From positions 7,104,914 to 7,168,913 of the forward strand of contig NC_134034.1 in the NCBI RefSeq assembly GCF_964204645.1: 64,000 nt of DNA, read 5' to 3'. Each line of letters opens with the position of its first letter. Position 1 is the stretch's first letter. The position numbers and the translations under genes are program-made. A model generated the notes under the pieces. That model saw only the letters and a list, made by a program, of their open reading frames with translations, was not told where the DNA came from and made no database searches. The stretch is from Tubulanus polymorphus (Eukaryota > Animalia > Nemertea). Below are positions 35,335 through 48,135 of the stretch, one piece after another.

Positions 35335-38300
35335 ATGGAAGCAAATAAGTACTACTGTCCAACATGTAATATCAATATAGATAAATCCCAAAAAGCAAGA
35401 CACAATAAAACTAAAACACATTTAGAGAATAAATTGAAATTAGAATATGAAGATGATATATTAGAAACTAAATTAGATGAATTAAAGAATGAAAAAGAAA
35501 TATATAAATGTGATACATGTAATCAATCATTCAGTGATAAAAGATATTATAAAGGACATTTAAAATCTAAAAGTCATATTAGAAATAAGAATAATGATAT
35601 TTTAGGTGAAGATTATTTTGATAAAGATAATGATAAGAAACAGAAGACAATTAAAAGCATAAAAAATAAATTAAACAATAAAAGACCATACATGGAAGAT
35701 GTAAGAAAATATATTAATTTATTGGATAATAAAAAAGATATAGAGATAACCGAAGCATTGATATTGGAGTGATATTGGTCCAGCAGCTATCGAGTTTAAA
35801 TTTCATAAAGGAAAAACATTAGAAGAAAATAAAAAACATTTAGAAAATATGAAAGAAATAATAAAAATAATAACTGATGTTGAATATCCTAAAATAAGTT
35901 TATCTTCTAAAGTTAAATTCATAAAATCTGAAGATAAACCAATATATAATATAAATTCTCATTCACAACACATCATATATAAACAACATATAGATGATAA
36001 ATTAGATAAATGTTATAATGAAGTAAAAACTAAAATAGAAGAGAAATATTTTGAAGGATCTGGTTTAATATTTGATGAAATAATATTTATGACTTTACAT
36101 GTTTATAACACAAAATATAATAAGTTAACTAAATCAAAACCAATTGATGAAAATAATGTATCATATTATAAAGAACCAGATATTGAAGCATCAAGTTATA
36201 TTAAACTACCATTTAAAACTAATGCTGTTATAAATGTACAAAATGAAGATGATGTTTTCTATGGGCTATAATAAGTTGCTTACACCCAGTTGAAGATTAT
36301 AATAAACATACTTATAGATTAACAAATAAAAAACAATTTGAAAATAATTATAAGATAGATAAGTATCCTGTTATAATTAAAAACATCCCAAAAATAGAAA
36401 GAGATAATAATATAAAGATAAATGTATTTGATTTAATCAAATGACCAAATACAAAAGGTAACAATATAAAAAAGTATACATTAGAACCTTTATATCTATC
36501 AAAAGATTATGATTCAAACGATGTTATAGATATACTATATTATGAGAATCATTATATGTGGATTAAACAAATAGATTTATTTTTTAAATCAGAAAATGAT
36601 CACCATAATAAAATATATCTATGTAGAAAATGTTTACATAAATTCAGTAATGAAAGTACATTATTAAATCATAAACAATTATGTGAAAATCATGATTATT
36701 GTAAATTAGTTTTACCAAATGAAATGGATAAAATATTAGAATTCAAAAAATATGATTACAAAAGTAAAGTACCATTTGTAATATATGGAGATTTTGAATC
36801 ATTAAATAAAGAACTAACTGATCAAGATAGAAAAGAAATATATTATAAGAGAAAGAAATTAAATTCTAATGAAAATGATTATTCTGAAGAACCACCAAAA
36901 ACAAATACTATTAAAAAGATTCATCAATCAGCTGCTGCTTTCGGGTTATATATAAAATCTGATTATCCAGAACTAATTGAAAGTGAATATTATGATTATA
37001 GAAATGAAAATGTTATCAATCATTTTTGTGACTTATTAAATGAATATGAAATAAGATTTAGTAAATTATTGAATACAAATATAGAAATTATAATGACAGA
37101 AGAAGATAAAGAAGAATTTGCGTTTGCAGATAAATGTTATTATGGTGAAAAGATATTTAATTTTAGAGATAAAAAAGTAAGAGACCATGATCATTTGAAT
37201 GGAAAGTTTAGAGGCGCTGCACATGAGAATTGTAACTTACAAGCTAAGAAAATTAATTTTGTACCAGTTATATTTCATAATCTATCAGGATATGATGCAC
37301 ATTTATTCATCAAACAGTTATGCCATAAAATAGAAGAAATTAATAACGAAATAGAAAGATTAAATTCAAATAGATCAAAAGATAAAGTACAAACTTATAA
37401 ATTGAGAATGTTAGCTAAAACATCTGAGAATTATATATCATTCCAATCTGGTTGCCTAAGATTTATAGATACATATAGATTTTTAAATAGTTCATTAGAT
37501 AACTTATCAAAATCATTAGTTGATGATGAATTAAAGATATTAAAAGAATATTACCCAAATAATGATGATTTTCAATTAATGAGATACAAAGGAGCAATTC
37601 CATATTCATTTTATAAATCACATAATGATTTCAATATAACTTGGAATATATATATACTTGGAATTTTCTGAACATATTAAATTTAAATCTAGAAATCTAG
37701 CTTACTGTCCCGAACATAAAACTGTAACTCATGAAGAATTATCAAATTATCAAAAAAGAATTAAACCCGAAAATCTTATTCATACAGAAAAGTTAATGGT
37801 AACTCAAGAAGATAAATATAATTATGTAGTACATTATAGAATGTTAAAGTTTTATCTAAAACAAGGAATGGTTCTAAAAAGAGTACATAGATATATTTCA
37901 TTTAGTCAATCTAAGTGGTTAGAAAAATATATAGATTTTAACACCAAACAGAGAACAGAAGCTAAAACTGATTTTGAGAAAGATTTCTTCAAGTTAATGA
38001 ATAATGCATTCTATGGAAAAACTTGTGAAAATATTAGAAATAGAAATGATATTGAGTTAGTCAGTAATGGTAAAAGGATAAGACATTTACAAACATATCC
38101 TAAGTTCATTGGAAAATGAATATTTGATGAAAATTTAGCTGCAGTTAAAATGAGAAGAACATCAATGAAATTTAATAAACCAATCTATGTTGGCGCTTCA
38201 GTTTTAGAATTATCAAAATTACCAATGTATGAATTCTATTATAATGTATTACAACCACTTTTTGGAGAAAAACATATAGAAATATTATATTTTGATACTG

Positions 38301-38828
38301 ACAGTTACATATTAAAGATAAAAACTGATAACATAACTGATGATTTAAAAACATTAAAACATCATTTTGATTTCAGTAATTATCCTAAACATCATGAATT
38401 GTTTAGCAATGATAATAAGAAAGTTCCCGGTAAATTCAAAGAATGAATTAGGTGGTGATGAAATGATTGAATTCATCGGTATTAGATCTAAAATGTATTC
38501 ATATAAAACTAAAGAACATGAAGCTAAAAAGTTAAAAGGAATAACCAAAAGTGTAGTAGAAAAGAATATTCATTTCAAAGATTACATCAATTGTATATTC
38601 AATGAAGAAGTTAGAAAACATAAGATGAAATGTTTAAGATCTGAAGATCATGAAATGTTTATTGAAGAAATTGAAAAGATAAGTCTAAACCCATTTGATG
38701 ATAAAAGATATATTTTAGATGATGGAATTCATACAGTTGCTTATTGTTGTAATTTAGATGAATACTTAAAATTTAAAAGAGAAGAAACAAAAGAGAACGA
38801 GATAATGAAAAGAATTCTAACGTGTTAA
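35335..38828 (+). pseudogene. polB: pPolB; frameshifts and a deletion at ~37640 that removes ExoIII and motif A
   Basis: VIYGDFES, RDHDHLNGKFRGAAHENCN, FHNLSGYD, KLMNNAFYGKT (motif B), YFDTDS (motif C), RSKMYS and PFDDKRY. Confidence 0.95.
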
Positions 38829-38857
38829 TCAAATTTTAATAAAAATATGTATTATAA

Positions 38858-39211
38858 ATGGAGAGTAAACATGCGCACAGTGAGAACAACAAATCATTTC
38901 TTGATAGAATAAAAGATACTTCAAATGTCAAATCTGTAGATTATAAATTTAAGAAGTTAAAGGAATTAATAATCCATAAGAAATATCTAATTACAGATAT
39001 TGTTACAGTTACTAACAAATATGGAGATAAATTAGTTATACACTTAGAATATGAAGGATTAAAAGGAAATACATATGAATTCAGAACATATTTACCGGAT
39101 AGATTTCATAGATTATCAAGTGAAGATTTAGAAGAATTATGTTCTGGTGATTTCTATTTCGTATACAAAGGTAAGAATGAAAAGGGGCACCATGAAATAG
39201 ATTTCGAATAA
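38858..39211 (+). CDS. Small beta-rich hypothetical protein (candidate OB-fold ssDNA-binding protein)
   Basis: Intact 117-aa ORF right after polB, with FKKLKEL, TNKYG and YLPDRF motifs. The function is inferred. Confidence 0.6.
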   Translation: MESKHAHSENNKSFLDRIKDTSNVKSVDYKFKKLKELIIHKKYLITDIVTVTNKYGDKLVIHLEYEGLKGNTYEFRTYLPDRFHRLSSEDLEELCSGDFYFVYKGKNEKGHHEIDFE

Positions 39212-39228
39212 GAAAATATGTAAAATAA

Positions 39229-39968
39229 ATGGCGGAATTAAAAGAATACAGAATATTTGTTGATTCTAGAAAACTTACAAATTATAAATCTCATAATTTA
39301 CTAGTACAATTAGATAGAGAATTCAAGAATTGTGTAGATTTAAAATTAGTAAATATAAGTTTATGTAATTCTTTTTATAATATAACGGATAAAAATTGTT
39401 TATAGTTCAGGAAAAAAATAAAAGGTATCATTTATATCTAAAACCAGGGTTATATAATTTAGATACATTGTCACAAGAAATTAATAGAAAAGCCTGGCAC
39501 AAATTAGGTAGTAATTCCGGGTTTAGTATAAGATTTTTAAAAAGTGATAGTTCTGATAAAATAAGGATTAGGTTAACTCGTAGGGAAAAATATCAATTTT
39601 TAGTTAAAAAACCTATAGCTAAACTGTTAGGAATTACACCAGATAAACTTTATTCAAATGTTGATGCTACACCAAACTTAATACCTTACACACATTTTTA
39701 TATTTATTGCAATTTAATCGATCCTACAAAAACATTCGAAGCAACTAAAGATATAACTGGTAATTCTGGTTTATTAAACATTTTACCATTGAAGAATGTT
39801 GAAGAATTTGGAACGCAAATAAATTATAATTTAACAGAATGTGATTTTAAACCATGCATTCCTCGTTTTAATAATTTTAGATTAGAAATTAGAAATCACA
39901 ATAGATATTTAATTGATTTGAATAACTTTCCTGTAATTTATGAATTAGTTATAAGATGTAAAGAGTAA
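39229..39968 (+). pseudogene. Minor capsid (penton-like) protein, one frameshift near 39395
   Basis: N-terminal IFVDSR, then FYNITDKN, KPGLYN, FYIYCNLI, LLNILPL and IDLNNFPVIYEL, a pattern typical of Polinton minor capsids. Confidence 0.75.
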
Positions 39969-39985
39969 TTTTTTTCACTATATAA

Positions 39986-40328
39986 ATGAATATAACTGTT
40001 GGGCCGGGTATATGTTTTGGGTTTTGATTTTAAACATGGTAAAGAAATGAGAATTAAACTAAATGATGTAATTACTGATATAAAAAGTAAATCATTTAAC
40101 AATGCATCAATGATTAATAAAGAAAATTATAATATAGAAAAAGTAATTGATTTAATTAAAACACCTTTAGAATATTATGAATTAAATGAAGATGGAATTA
40201 TTGATGATATTAAAAACATATTAACCAAAATATATGATAATCTTAAAAGTAGTAATGAAATAAATGTTGAATTAATCATAAATAAGTTAACTAAATATTT
40301 TGATGATAGTAATTTTTTTGATAAATAA
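39986..40328 (+). CDS. Hypothetical protein (probable early frameshift)
   Basis: ATAAATG at 39986, ORF 39999-40328. Confidence 0.55.
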
Positions 40329-40583
40329 ATGAGTGATAATAAGTGGATAATAACTGGATTATATAATGGAGCATTACTATCAGTTGGAACTGTTGGTTAT
40401 TCAATGGTATTAAAAAAAGTATTTAAAATGGGAAGTGTTAATGTTGATAGATTTGATATAAATGCTATTTTAAAATTAACATTAGCAGTTACTTTATCTA
40501 ATTTAACTATTGAAAACAAAAATATATTCCTCCCATATAAATGCATAATTATTTTACTAAATAAATGGCTTCTGCAGTTATAA
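40329..40583 (+). CDS. Small hydrophobic protein (two apolar segments); 3' end probably damaged
   Basis: GLYNGALLSVGTVGYSMVL and AILKLTLAVTL. Confidence 0.65.
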   Translation: MSDNKWIITGLYNGALLSVGTVGYSMVLKKVFKMGSVNVDRFDINAILKLTLAVTLSNLTIENKNIFLPYKCIIILLNKWLLQL

Positions 40584-40987
40584 CTGTTATAGGATCGGCA
40601 ATTGTTAACGCTTTAGCATTTACTGGCTGCGGTTATTTATTTAAGCATATTGATAAAAATGGATCATTAACAGAACAAAAAAGATATAACTTAGCATTAG
40701 AGAAATACAATAAAGCAGCGGAAGAATACGGAGAAAAACGACAAAACTATATGCATTATATTAACAAGGAATTATATGATCAGAAGATTTCACATAGAGA
40801 TTTTCAATCAGTTGATGATGCAATGAGTTTATATAACACAGTAACAAATAAAGAAAAATTACATCTACATAAACGTAAATTATCAGATTATTATACCCCA
40901 AGTAATGAACAGAAGAAATATGAAATAATATGGATTTTAGGTGGAACTGTTATTGTTATATTTGTTGCTTATAAGTTTACTAATTAG
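40565..40987 (+). CDS. Membrane protein with N- and C-terminal hydrophobic helices and a central coiled coil
   Basis: MASAVITVIGSAIVNALAFTG and IIWILGGTVIVIFVAY. Homologue at 63708-64000. Confidence 0.75.
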   Translation: MASAVITVIGSAIVNALAFTGCGYLFKHIDKNGSLTEQKRYNLALEKYNKAAEEYGEKRQNYMHYINKELYDQKISHRDFQSVDDAMSLYNTVTNKEKLHLHKRKLSDYYTPSNEQKKYEIIWILGGTVIVIFVAYKFTN

Positions 40988-41006
40988 TAATTTTTTTGCT
41001 AAATAA

Positions 41007-41424
41007 ATGGATGATAAAGTTGATAATATTGATATTATTCCTCATGATATAAATAAAACTAAATTAAAAATATATTTAGAAAAACAAATATTAGAATTTG
41101 AAAGTGAAAAAATATTTAAAAAGTAAAATTATATATTATTTGATTATAAGTGGTTCGGTTACAATTAGTTCTGTAATAACATTTCTAGCAATATTCAGTC
41201 CATTAACACCTTTAGCTATATCAATTGGTGTGTTAGGATTAAGTTCAAGTGTTTTAACTGGTATAAGTTCAAAATTAAATATAAAAAGTAATAAAGAAAA
41301 AATTAAAACTAATATAAAAGAAATTAATAAATTGAAGAATACACTAGATTATATAATAAGTTTAAATGGCCATATAACAGTTGAAGAACAAGATAAATTA
41401 TTAAAAGAATTAATAAATTATTAA
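41007..41424 (+). pseudogene. Two-TM-helix hypothetical protein, frameshifted by a small deletion
   Basis: IIYYLIISGSVTISSVITFLAIF and LAISIGVLGL. Homologue at 63265-63690. Confidence 0.65.
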
Positions 41425-41440
41425 TTTTTTAGTTATATAA

Positions 41441-42773
41441 ATGGCAGATAGTTTTCCAAAAGCTTTCCAATATAATAAATCAATTAAATATAATATTCCA
41501 GCAATAGATTTTAATGAAGATATTACATATAGAAATGAAGTTTTAAATTCATTAATTGATTTATATATTTATGTTACTGAAAGTAATAATTTTCATGTAA
41601 AGATGGAAAATATATTTCATGTGTATACAATTAATTTCAAAAATTTAAATGAGGCAAAACAATGGTTATTAAAATCTAATATGAAGTATTGGCAGAACCA
41701 ATTAAATTTTGCTGTTTATTGCGCAACAACAGGATGTGGAATTAGTTGGAATGATCATTTAAACAAACCAAGTTTACCATTGATGTTATCACTTTTTAGA
41801 TTTTATACTTATTTTCAAATAAAATTAATATTAGATGAATTAGAATGTCCTTTACTCCTTTACCAGGTTCAAAATATTTTAAAGAATTGAATAATAATAT
41901 TAATTTTTCTAAGTTTTATAGAATATGTAATGAATTTAATATTAATTCAAATAAAGATTTTAGAGCAAAAATTGGAACAATGGGTGGATTAGGAATATTA
42001 TATACTAAAGAATTTGGAAAAATAATGACAAATTCAGATATAAGAACACTAAATTGGAATGAATTACCAAAATATTATAATAATATACAACAACAAAACA
42101 ATAATGGTTGGGTTTATTTTATTTTAGAAAATAGTGAAGGTTTTACTAAAGATGGAATACAAAGAATAAATCAATCTTTTGGAACTTATTTGATATGTAT
42201 TTTAGGTGCGCAAGTTGAAACAAGATCCCCAATAATTGGAAATGATAACACTTCATTCGATGCGCAGAAACAATTTAAAGTATTATTTGAAGATTCAATT
42301 CATAATGATAAAAATAGATCGATTCCGGAAAACATTGTAAGATATCAAAATTATTTAGATAAATCACATATTAGATTAAATTATTGTATAGGCCCTAATC
42401 TATTAATTATTTCTAATGATTTAGTATTAAAGATGGGAAACATAATTGGCTATAATAATCTAATTAAAACTGCAACAATAAATAATTCATTTGGATTAAA
42501 TGATATAAATAAAAAGATTATTACTGCTCCAAAATTAATGGAAGGTGAAAAAAATAAAAAACACATTCAATCAACAGAAACTAAAACTAATAATATTAAA
42601 TTAAATAATGATTCTAAAATAAAAGATTACAATACATCATAAAATATAAAAACTGATATTATTCAACATGATATAATTAAACTAAATGATGATAATAAAT
42701 CCCATGAAAATGCTAAATTAGCTTTAACTTGTATAGGAATTGTTTTAGGAGGAATATTATCTTTTAAATTTTA
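41441..42773 (+). pseudogene. Conserved Polinton hypothetical protein (YWQNQLNFAVYCATTGCGIS) with C-terminal TM anchor; frameshift and stop
   Basis: ORF pieces 41441-41890 and 41845-42642. Homologue at 61923-63248. Confidence 0.75.
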
Positions 42774-42790
42774 ATTTTTTTATTATATAA

Positions 42791-44216
42791 ATGGATGTAG
42801 AAGGTGTAGAAGATTTTCCAGGTCCATTAGATGAACCTGGTATAAGTGATGAACAACCACCTGATTTTAATGAAACAAGTCTTAATGACGGTAATGAGCC
42901 AGGACGTAATTCTAATTTAACTACACCTGAATTTATTGATAAAACACGTTCTGAGATAAGTATTGAAAATGAAGTACCAGAATTAACAGAAAAAAAATTT
43001 AAATATAATAAAATTGCTAGTGATTTTAAACCAATGTTAAAAAGATCTGGTTTCAATATAACAAATAAAGGTATGGATTATTTAGTAGAAGATTTGAAAT
43101 ATTTAAATGGCGATTATTATTGGAAATTGAAAGGCGACTATTATTTTAAGATTTCAAATCTTAAAAGTAACGATAAAATAATAACACTATCAACTTTTAA
43201 TTTATTAAAACCAGATAGAATTAAGAAAATCATTAATGATGTTATAACTGATGTTACAGAAAAAGAGATAATTGATAATAGAAGAGAATTTAAACAAAGA
43301 AATGCTAAATTTTTTAAGATAATTAATGAAAATTTAATACAAAAAAAATTCCTAAAGAAGCTGATAATTCCAAAACTAGTAAAATTAAATCAACAAGAGT
43401 TCAAAATGAAAAACTTTTACCAAATGGATTACTTGATGCAACAGATCAAGAATTAGAAGATTTAAATATATTTTCTGATGAAGCAATTAGAGAAATTATT
43501 AGTATAAGAAATGAAGCTGATAAAATTGCACATAATAAAAGTATAAGAGATATTAAAATTAGTACTTTAGAAAAAGAATTAACTGATAAAAATAAAGAGA
43601 TAGAACAACTAAAGTATGATTTAGACCATCAAGCAATTGATGAAATGGAATATAGGAAAAAAGAATTCCGTTTAGAAAAGAAATTGATAATTTAAAAGAT
43701 AATTTAGAAGTACTGAAAGGTGAAAGAGATATATTATTAAAAGAATTTGGTAATAATTTTAAAAGATTAAAAGATGTTTTTAAAGATTTGTTGATAAAAC
43801 CAGATTCTAAAATATCATTGAAAGATAGAATAAGATTATTATTTAAATTAGAAGGAATAACAATTCATTCAATTCTAACAGCTGTAACTATGTTATTTAC
43901 AACAATTGGTTTAGCAATATCAAATTCACTGAAATCTACTCCTACTCCCAATAAACCGGATAAAACCCCTGGTAATAATAATTGTATACAAGATAAATTT
44001 AAGAATGGTTTAAAGAAATTAGCAAAATATTTATGGGAACTATCTAAAAAATCTGCTGCAGCTTTACCTGGAGTTATTGCATCAATTGTTGGTTTTATAT
44101 TGAAATCTGCAGGAAACATTATTAACTTTGCTGCTGAACATATTATTTTATTTTTGATTACAGTTTTAAGTGCTATTATTTTTGGGTTAGTGAATATGAT
44201 ATCAAAAAATAAATAA
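42791..44216 (+). pseudogene. Large coiled-coil protein with hydrophobic/amphipathic C-terminal domain, frameshifted
   Basis: C-terminal EGITIHSILTAVTMLFTTIGLAI...AAALPGVIASIVGFIL...HIILFLITVL. Homologue at 60290-61907. Confidence 0.72.
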
Positions 44217-44237
44217 TTAATTTTTTTTGTTAAATAA

Positions 44238-45485
44238 ATGAGTGGGAGTTATATCAATCCTTCTAAGAATCATAGAATATCAAATGCTATTAAAACAGAA
44301 AGATCACATCATATAATTACTCATAACCCTTCTAATATTAATCCCGATGAAACTTTATATGTTAGAATTCCTAGATTAACACAAAATACTTTTTATGTTC
44401 CAAATAGTATTTATTTATCAGCCGATATAGAAGTAACCGGTCATGATAATAATTATGTTGTCGATAATGTTGGGAGATATTTGATTAAAAAATTAACAAT
44501 AAAGATCGGTCCAGAAACAGTTTTCTCATTAGATGATAATAATTTATTTATGCATTATAAAGATTTATGGTTAACTAAAGAAAATAGAAATAATATGATA
44601 TTTCAAGGCATCCAATCAGAAAACCAAAATAAATTAAGATCAGGAGCTAATGACGCAATAGTAACTCGTACCGCAGATAATTTGATAAAAAAGATTTATG
44701 GAAGCAAGTATAAAATTCCATTAGACTTTGAATTGATAAATAATAATGCACCTTTATATTAAAACGCAATTCAAGAAGACGTTATATTCGAAATAACATT
44801 TGCTCCTGTTAATGAAATTGTAATATCTAGCGTTAATAAAGATATGAGTTATAAATTATCGAATATATGTTTAGAATATGATACAGTAACTGATGAAAAT
44901 ATTTCAAGTATAATTCAAACTAAATACAATCAAGGATTTTTATTATCATATGATTATATTGATAAATCTAAAACCGTAACTATTAATGCAAATGATGAAA
45001 TTATTAATGAGAATATTAACTTCCCAAAAAGATCAATTAAAGGTATATTAATATTTTTTACAATTGCAACATATACTAATGGCGCAATAAATGTTGATAA
45101 TTATTATAATCCTGAAATAACAAAAGTAGAAATAACTATCGAAGGAATAGCAAATAAAATACTTTGTCAGGGAATGAGAATGATAGATCAGTGGCCAGAA
45201 ATTAGAAAACATTTTATGAATGAAAAAGTAAAATCATCTGAAAATTGTAATACTAATCAAATTGATTATTATACCGGTAATAAATATGCATTATGGTTAG
45301 ATTTTAGAACAACAGAGGATAATTCATTACATGGTTCTGGAAAAAAACTACAGAACACTAAAGATGGAATACAATTATTCATGACAAAGAATAAAGGAAT
45401 CAAAAATTTCAAAATGCATATTTATATTATATCTGACGCGCAATTAAATATTGTAAATTCTCAATTGAATAGTGTTATGTATTAG
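44238..45485 (+). pseudogene. Major capsid protein (putative double jelly-roll); premature stop at 44760-44762
   Basis: ~415-codon beta-rich protein (YVRIPRL, IKKLTIKIG, FEITFAP, NICLEYD, TKVEITIEG, ALWLDFR, IYIISDAQLNI). Size, context and strong conservation with 59022-60269 support the call. Confidence 0.78.
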
Positions 45486-45517
45486 AATTTTAACTTTAAT
45501 AAAAATTTATATAATAA

Positions 45518-46456
45518 ATGGAAGGAGGTAAAGTATATAAACATATTCCATACATCGATACACATGAAAATAATGATGGTTTATATTATGTAATACCTTG
45601 TAATATAGCTTTGATATTTGATCCTATTTTCAAAATTTATAAAACTAAACTAATAGAAATCGATAATAATAAAAGTGGTGTTGTTGATAATTTAAGTAAT
45701 GTAATACCTTCTACATCTTATAATGTAATACCTACTACATCTAATAATGTAATACCTACTACATCTAATAATGTAATACCTTCTACAACTAATAATGTAA
45801 TACCTACTACATCTAATAATGTAATACCTTCTACATCTAATAATGTAATACCTTCTACATCTAATAATGTAATACCTTCTACATCTAATAATGAAATAAT
45901 ATTAAATGTTAGTGAAAATAGAAATTATTGTGGATATTGTAATAGTGAATTTTCAAACGCTTCATCAAATTGGAATAAACATATGAATACAAGGGTACAT
46001 ATAAATAATGTTGTAGAACGTGTTGGTTTAAAAGAATTTATAGAACACCCATTTAGATATGTTACAAAGTTTGTTTCAAATCAAAAAGTAAATGGTAAAG
46101 AATTATATAAAGATTTATTATTAGCAACACCTTATAACGATGAATTAGATTTAACCGATGCTAATAATAAAGATTTATTAGGATCAAACACTGTAAATGA
46201 AATATTAGGAGCAAACACTAATAAAGATAATAATGAAGATATAGTTACTGATAAGCATATTGATATTAAAGATTCTATGAAACATAAAGTAGAAAATAAT
46301 GATAAATTTGATTGGATGAATAAGCATAACAATGAAACAACTATTGATGATGCGGTAAAAAGGATGAAGAATAAGTATAAAAATAATGAAGAATTAGAAG
46401 AAGATTCGGTAGAGAGTTTGAATAGATTGTTAGGGTCTGATAGTGAAAGTGATTAA
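45518..46456 (+). CDS. Hypothetical protein with 8-aa NNVIP(S/T)TS repeats and a C2H2-like Zn finger
   Basis: About eight 24-bp tandem repeats at ~45698-45890, plus CGYC...HMNTRVH. Confidence 0.75.
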   Translation: MEGGKVYKHIPYIDTHENNDGLYYVIPCNIALIFDPIFKIYKTKLIEIDNNKSGVVDNLSNVIPSTSYNVIPTTSNNVIPTTSNNVIPSTTNNVIPTTSNNVIPSTSNNVIPSTSNNVIPSTSNNEIILNVSENRNYCGYCNSEFSNASSNWNKHMNTRVHINNVVERVGLKEFIEHPFRYVTKFVSNQKVNGKELYKDLLLATPYNDELDLTDANNKDLLGSNTVNEILGANTNKDNNEDIVTDKHIDIKDSMKHKVENNDKFDWMNKHNNETTIDDAVKRMKNKYKNNEELEEDSVESLNRLLGSDSESD

Positions 46457-46606
46457 GATATTAATTATATTTAACACAAATAATGATAAAGGTTGAAAAT
46501 TGTAAAAATAATAGTAAATAAAAAAGGGGGTTTTAAGTATTTAAGGTATTTAAGGTATCTAATACATATCTAATACAATCTAATACAATCTAATACATAA
46601 AATATC

Positions 46607-46690
46607 TTATTTTATAAACTTATATTCATATGGAAATTGAAACCTCAGTAATAATAAATAACCTTTATTATTTTCAAACTTATTCATATA
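46607..46690 (-). pseudogene. Relic of an ATPase 3' end
   Basis: Translates YMNKFENNKGYLLLLRFQFPYEYKFIK* versus YMNKLKNNKGSKLLLRLQFPYEYKFIE* at 51668. Confidence 0.8.
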
Positions 46691-46779
46691 TTAGTTGAAA
46701 AAATAAAAATAAATTGGTTGAAAATTGTATAAATAATATATTTATTTAAAAAAAGGGGGTTTTAAGTATTTAAGGTATC

Positions 46780-46863
46780 TAATAGGGGTATCAGGTATTA
46801 GGGTATCTAATAGGGGTATCAGGTATTAGGGTATCTAATAGGGGTATCAGGTATTAGGGTATC
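46780..46863 (+). repeat. Three 28-bp tandem repeats TAATAGGGGTATCAGGTATTAGGGTATC
   Basis: Direct inspection. Related sequence occurs inverted at ~57160-57210. Confidence 0.9.
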
Positions 46864-47042
46864 TAATAGGGTATCTACATAGGTATATTTTAAACATATT
46901 TCAATATTTATATTTGTATGAGTTAGATTTTTAAACATTAAAAGTGTTAGTAAAGTTTTATTGAAATAATTCATATATATTCATGAATAACATATAAATG
47001 AATAACTTCTAAAATCAATTTAGTAAAAAATATGTATAATAA

Positions 47043-47696
47043 ATGGAACCAGAACAACCACAAAGTATTAATATTACAAATAACGCTGGTGTTATAAACA
47101 TATACTACAAGAAGTGTTCTAAGTGTGAATTAGATAAATTAGCTTTAAGAGAATTTAGTAAGCGTAAGATTAGCAAAGATGGTTTTAAATATTGCTGCAA
47201 AACTTGCACTAAACTATATACCAAACAATATCGAGAAGATAATATAGAACATTATAATTATTATATGGCAGAATATATGAGAGAAAGATATCAAACAGAT
47301 CTTAATTTTTGATTGAAACAATGCTTAAGATCTAGATTAACACAATTATTCAACAAAGAAACACATTCAGAAACACTATCTATTTTATTGGGTTGTTCAG
47401 ATGAATTTTTCATATCATGGATAATATATCAATTCGATGATAAAATGAATATAGATAATTATGGTGAGTACTTTCATATTGATCATGTGTTGCCGATTTC
47501 TAAATTTAACATGAATGATGATTATAATAAGAAGCTAATATGGAGCTGGAAAAATTTAAGACCTTTAGAAAAGAAGGAAAACATAATTAAATCTAACAAA
47601 CTAGATTTACAGTTATATTTAGATCAATTGGATAAAGCAAAGACATTTGTTGAATTATGGAATTCAACACATAATGAAAAATACGTTGAAGCTTAA
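47043..47696 (+). pseudogene. HNH endonuclease with Zn ribbon; in-frame stop at 47310
   Basis: KKCSKC...CCKTC and HIDHVLP...NLRPLEKKEN. Confidence 0.85.
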
Positions 47697-48135
47697 GCGC
47701 TTAGAAAACCGGTTACTCTCGATCTATGTCAAATCGCCTGTATGTAATTGTATTAGGTTGTTTACAAAAACATCCGTCGCACGTTATATTCAGTTGAATA
47801 GGGTGTATCTCATTTGAATATTGATCGAATGTGCTATTTCAGTTGAAAAGGATTAATCAATTATATTACAAAGGAACATCTGTTGCTTAGACAGACATTG
47901 CCTGGTATATTGAGCGCAGTCGCATTACAACATACGAACTGAACAGACGCAATATATAGAACGTATAAGATTTCTCTAGAAACACAATTAGGAGTTTACA
48001 GTTATAAATGTAAGTACTGTTTTTGTTGTTATTAAGACGCAGGGAAACGTTAAACATGTTTAAGTGCTGTAATTGATATTTGACAAATACAACTTCAAGT
48101 TAGTTTTATTCTACATTCTAGATATTTAGTAAAAA

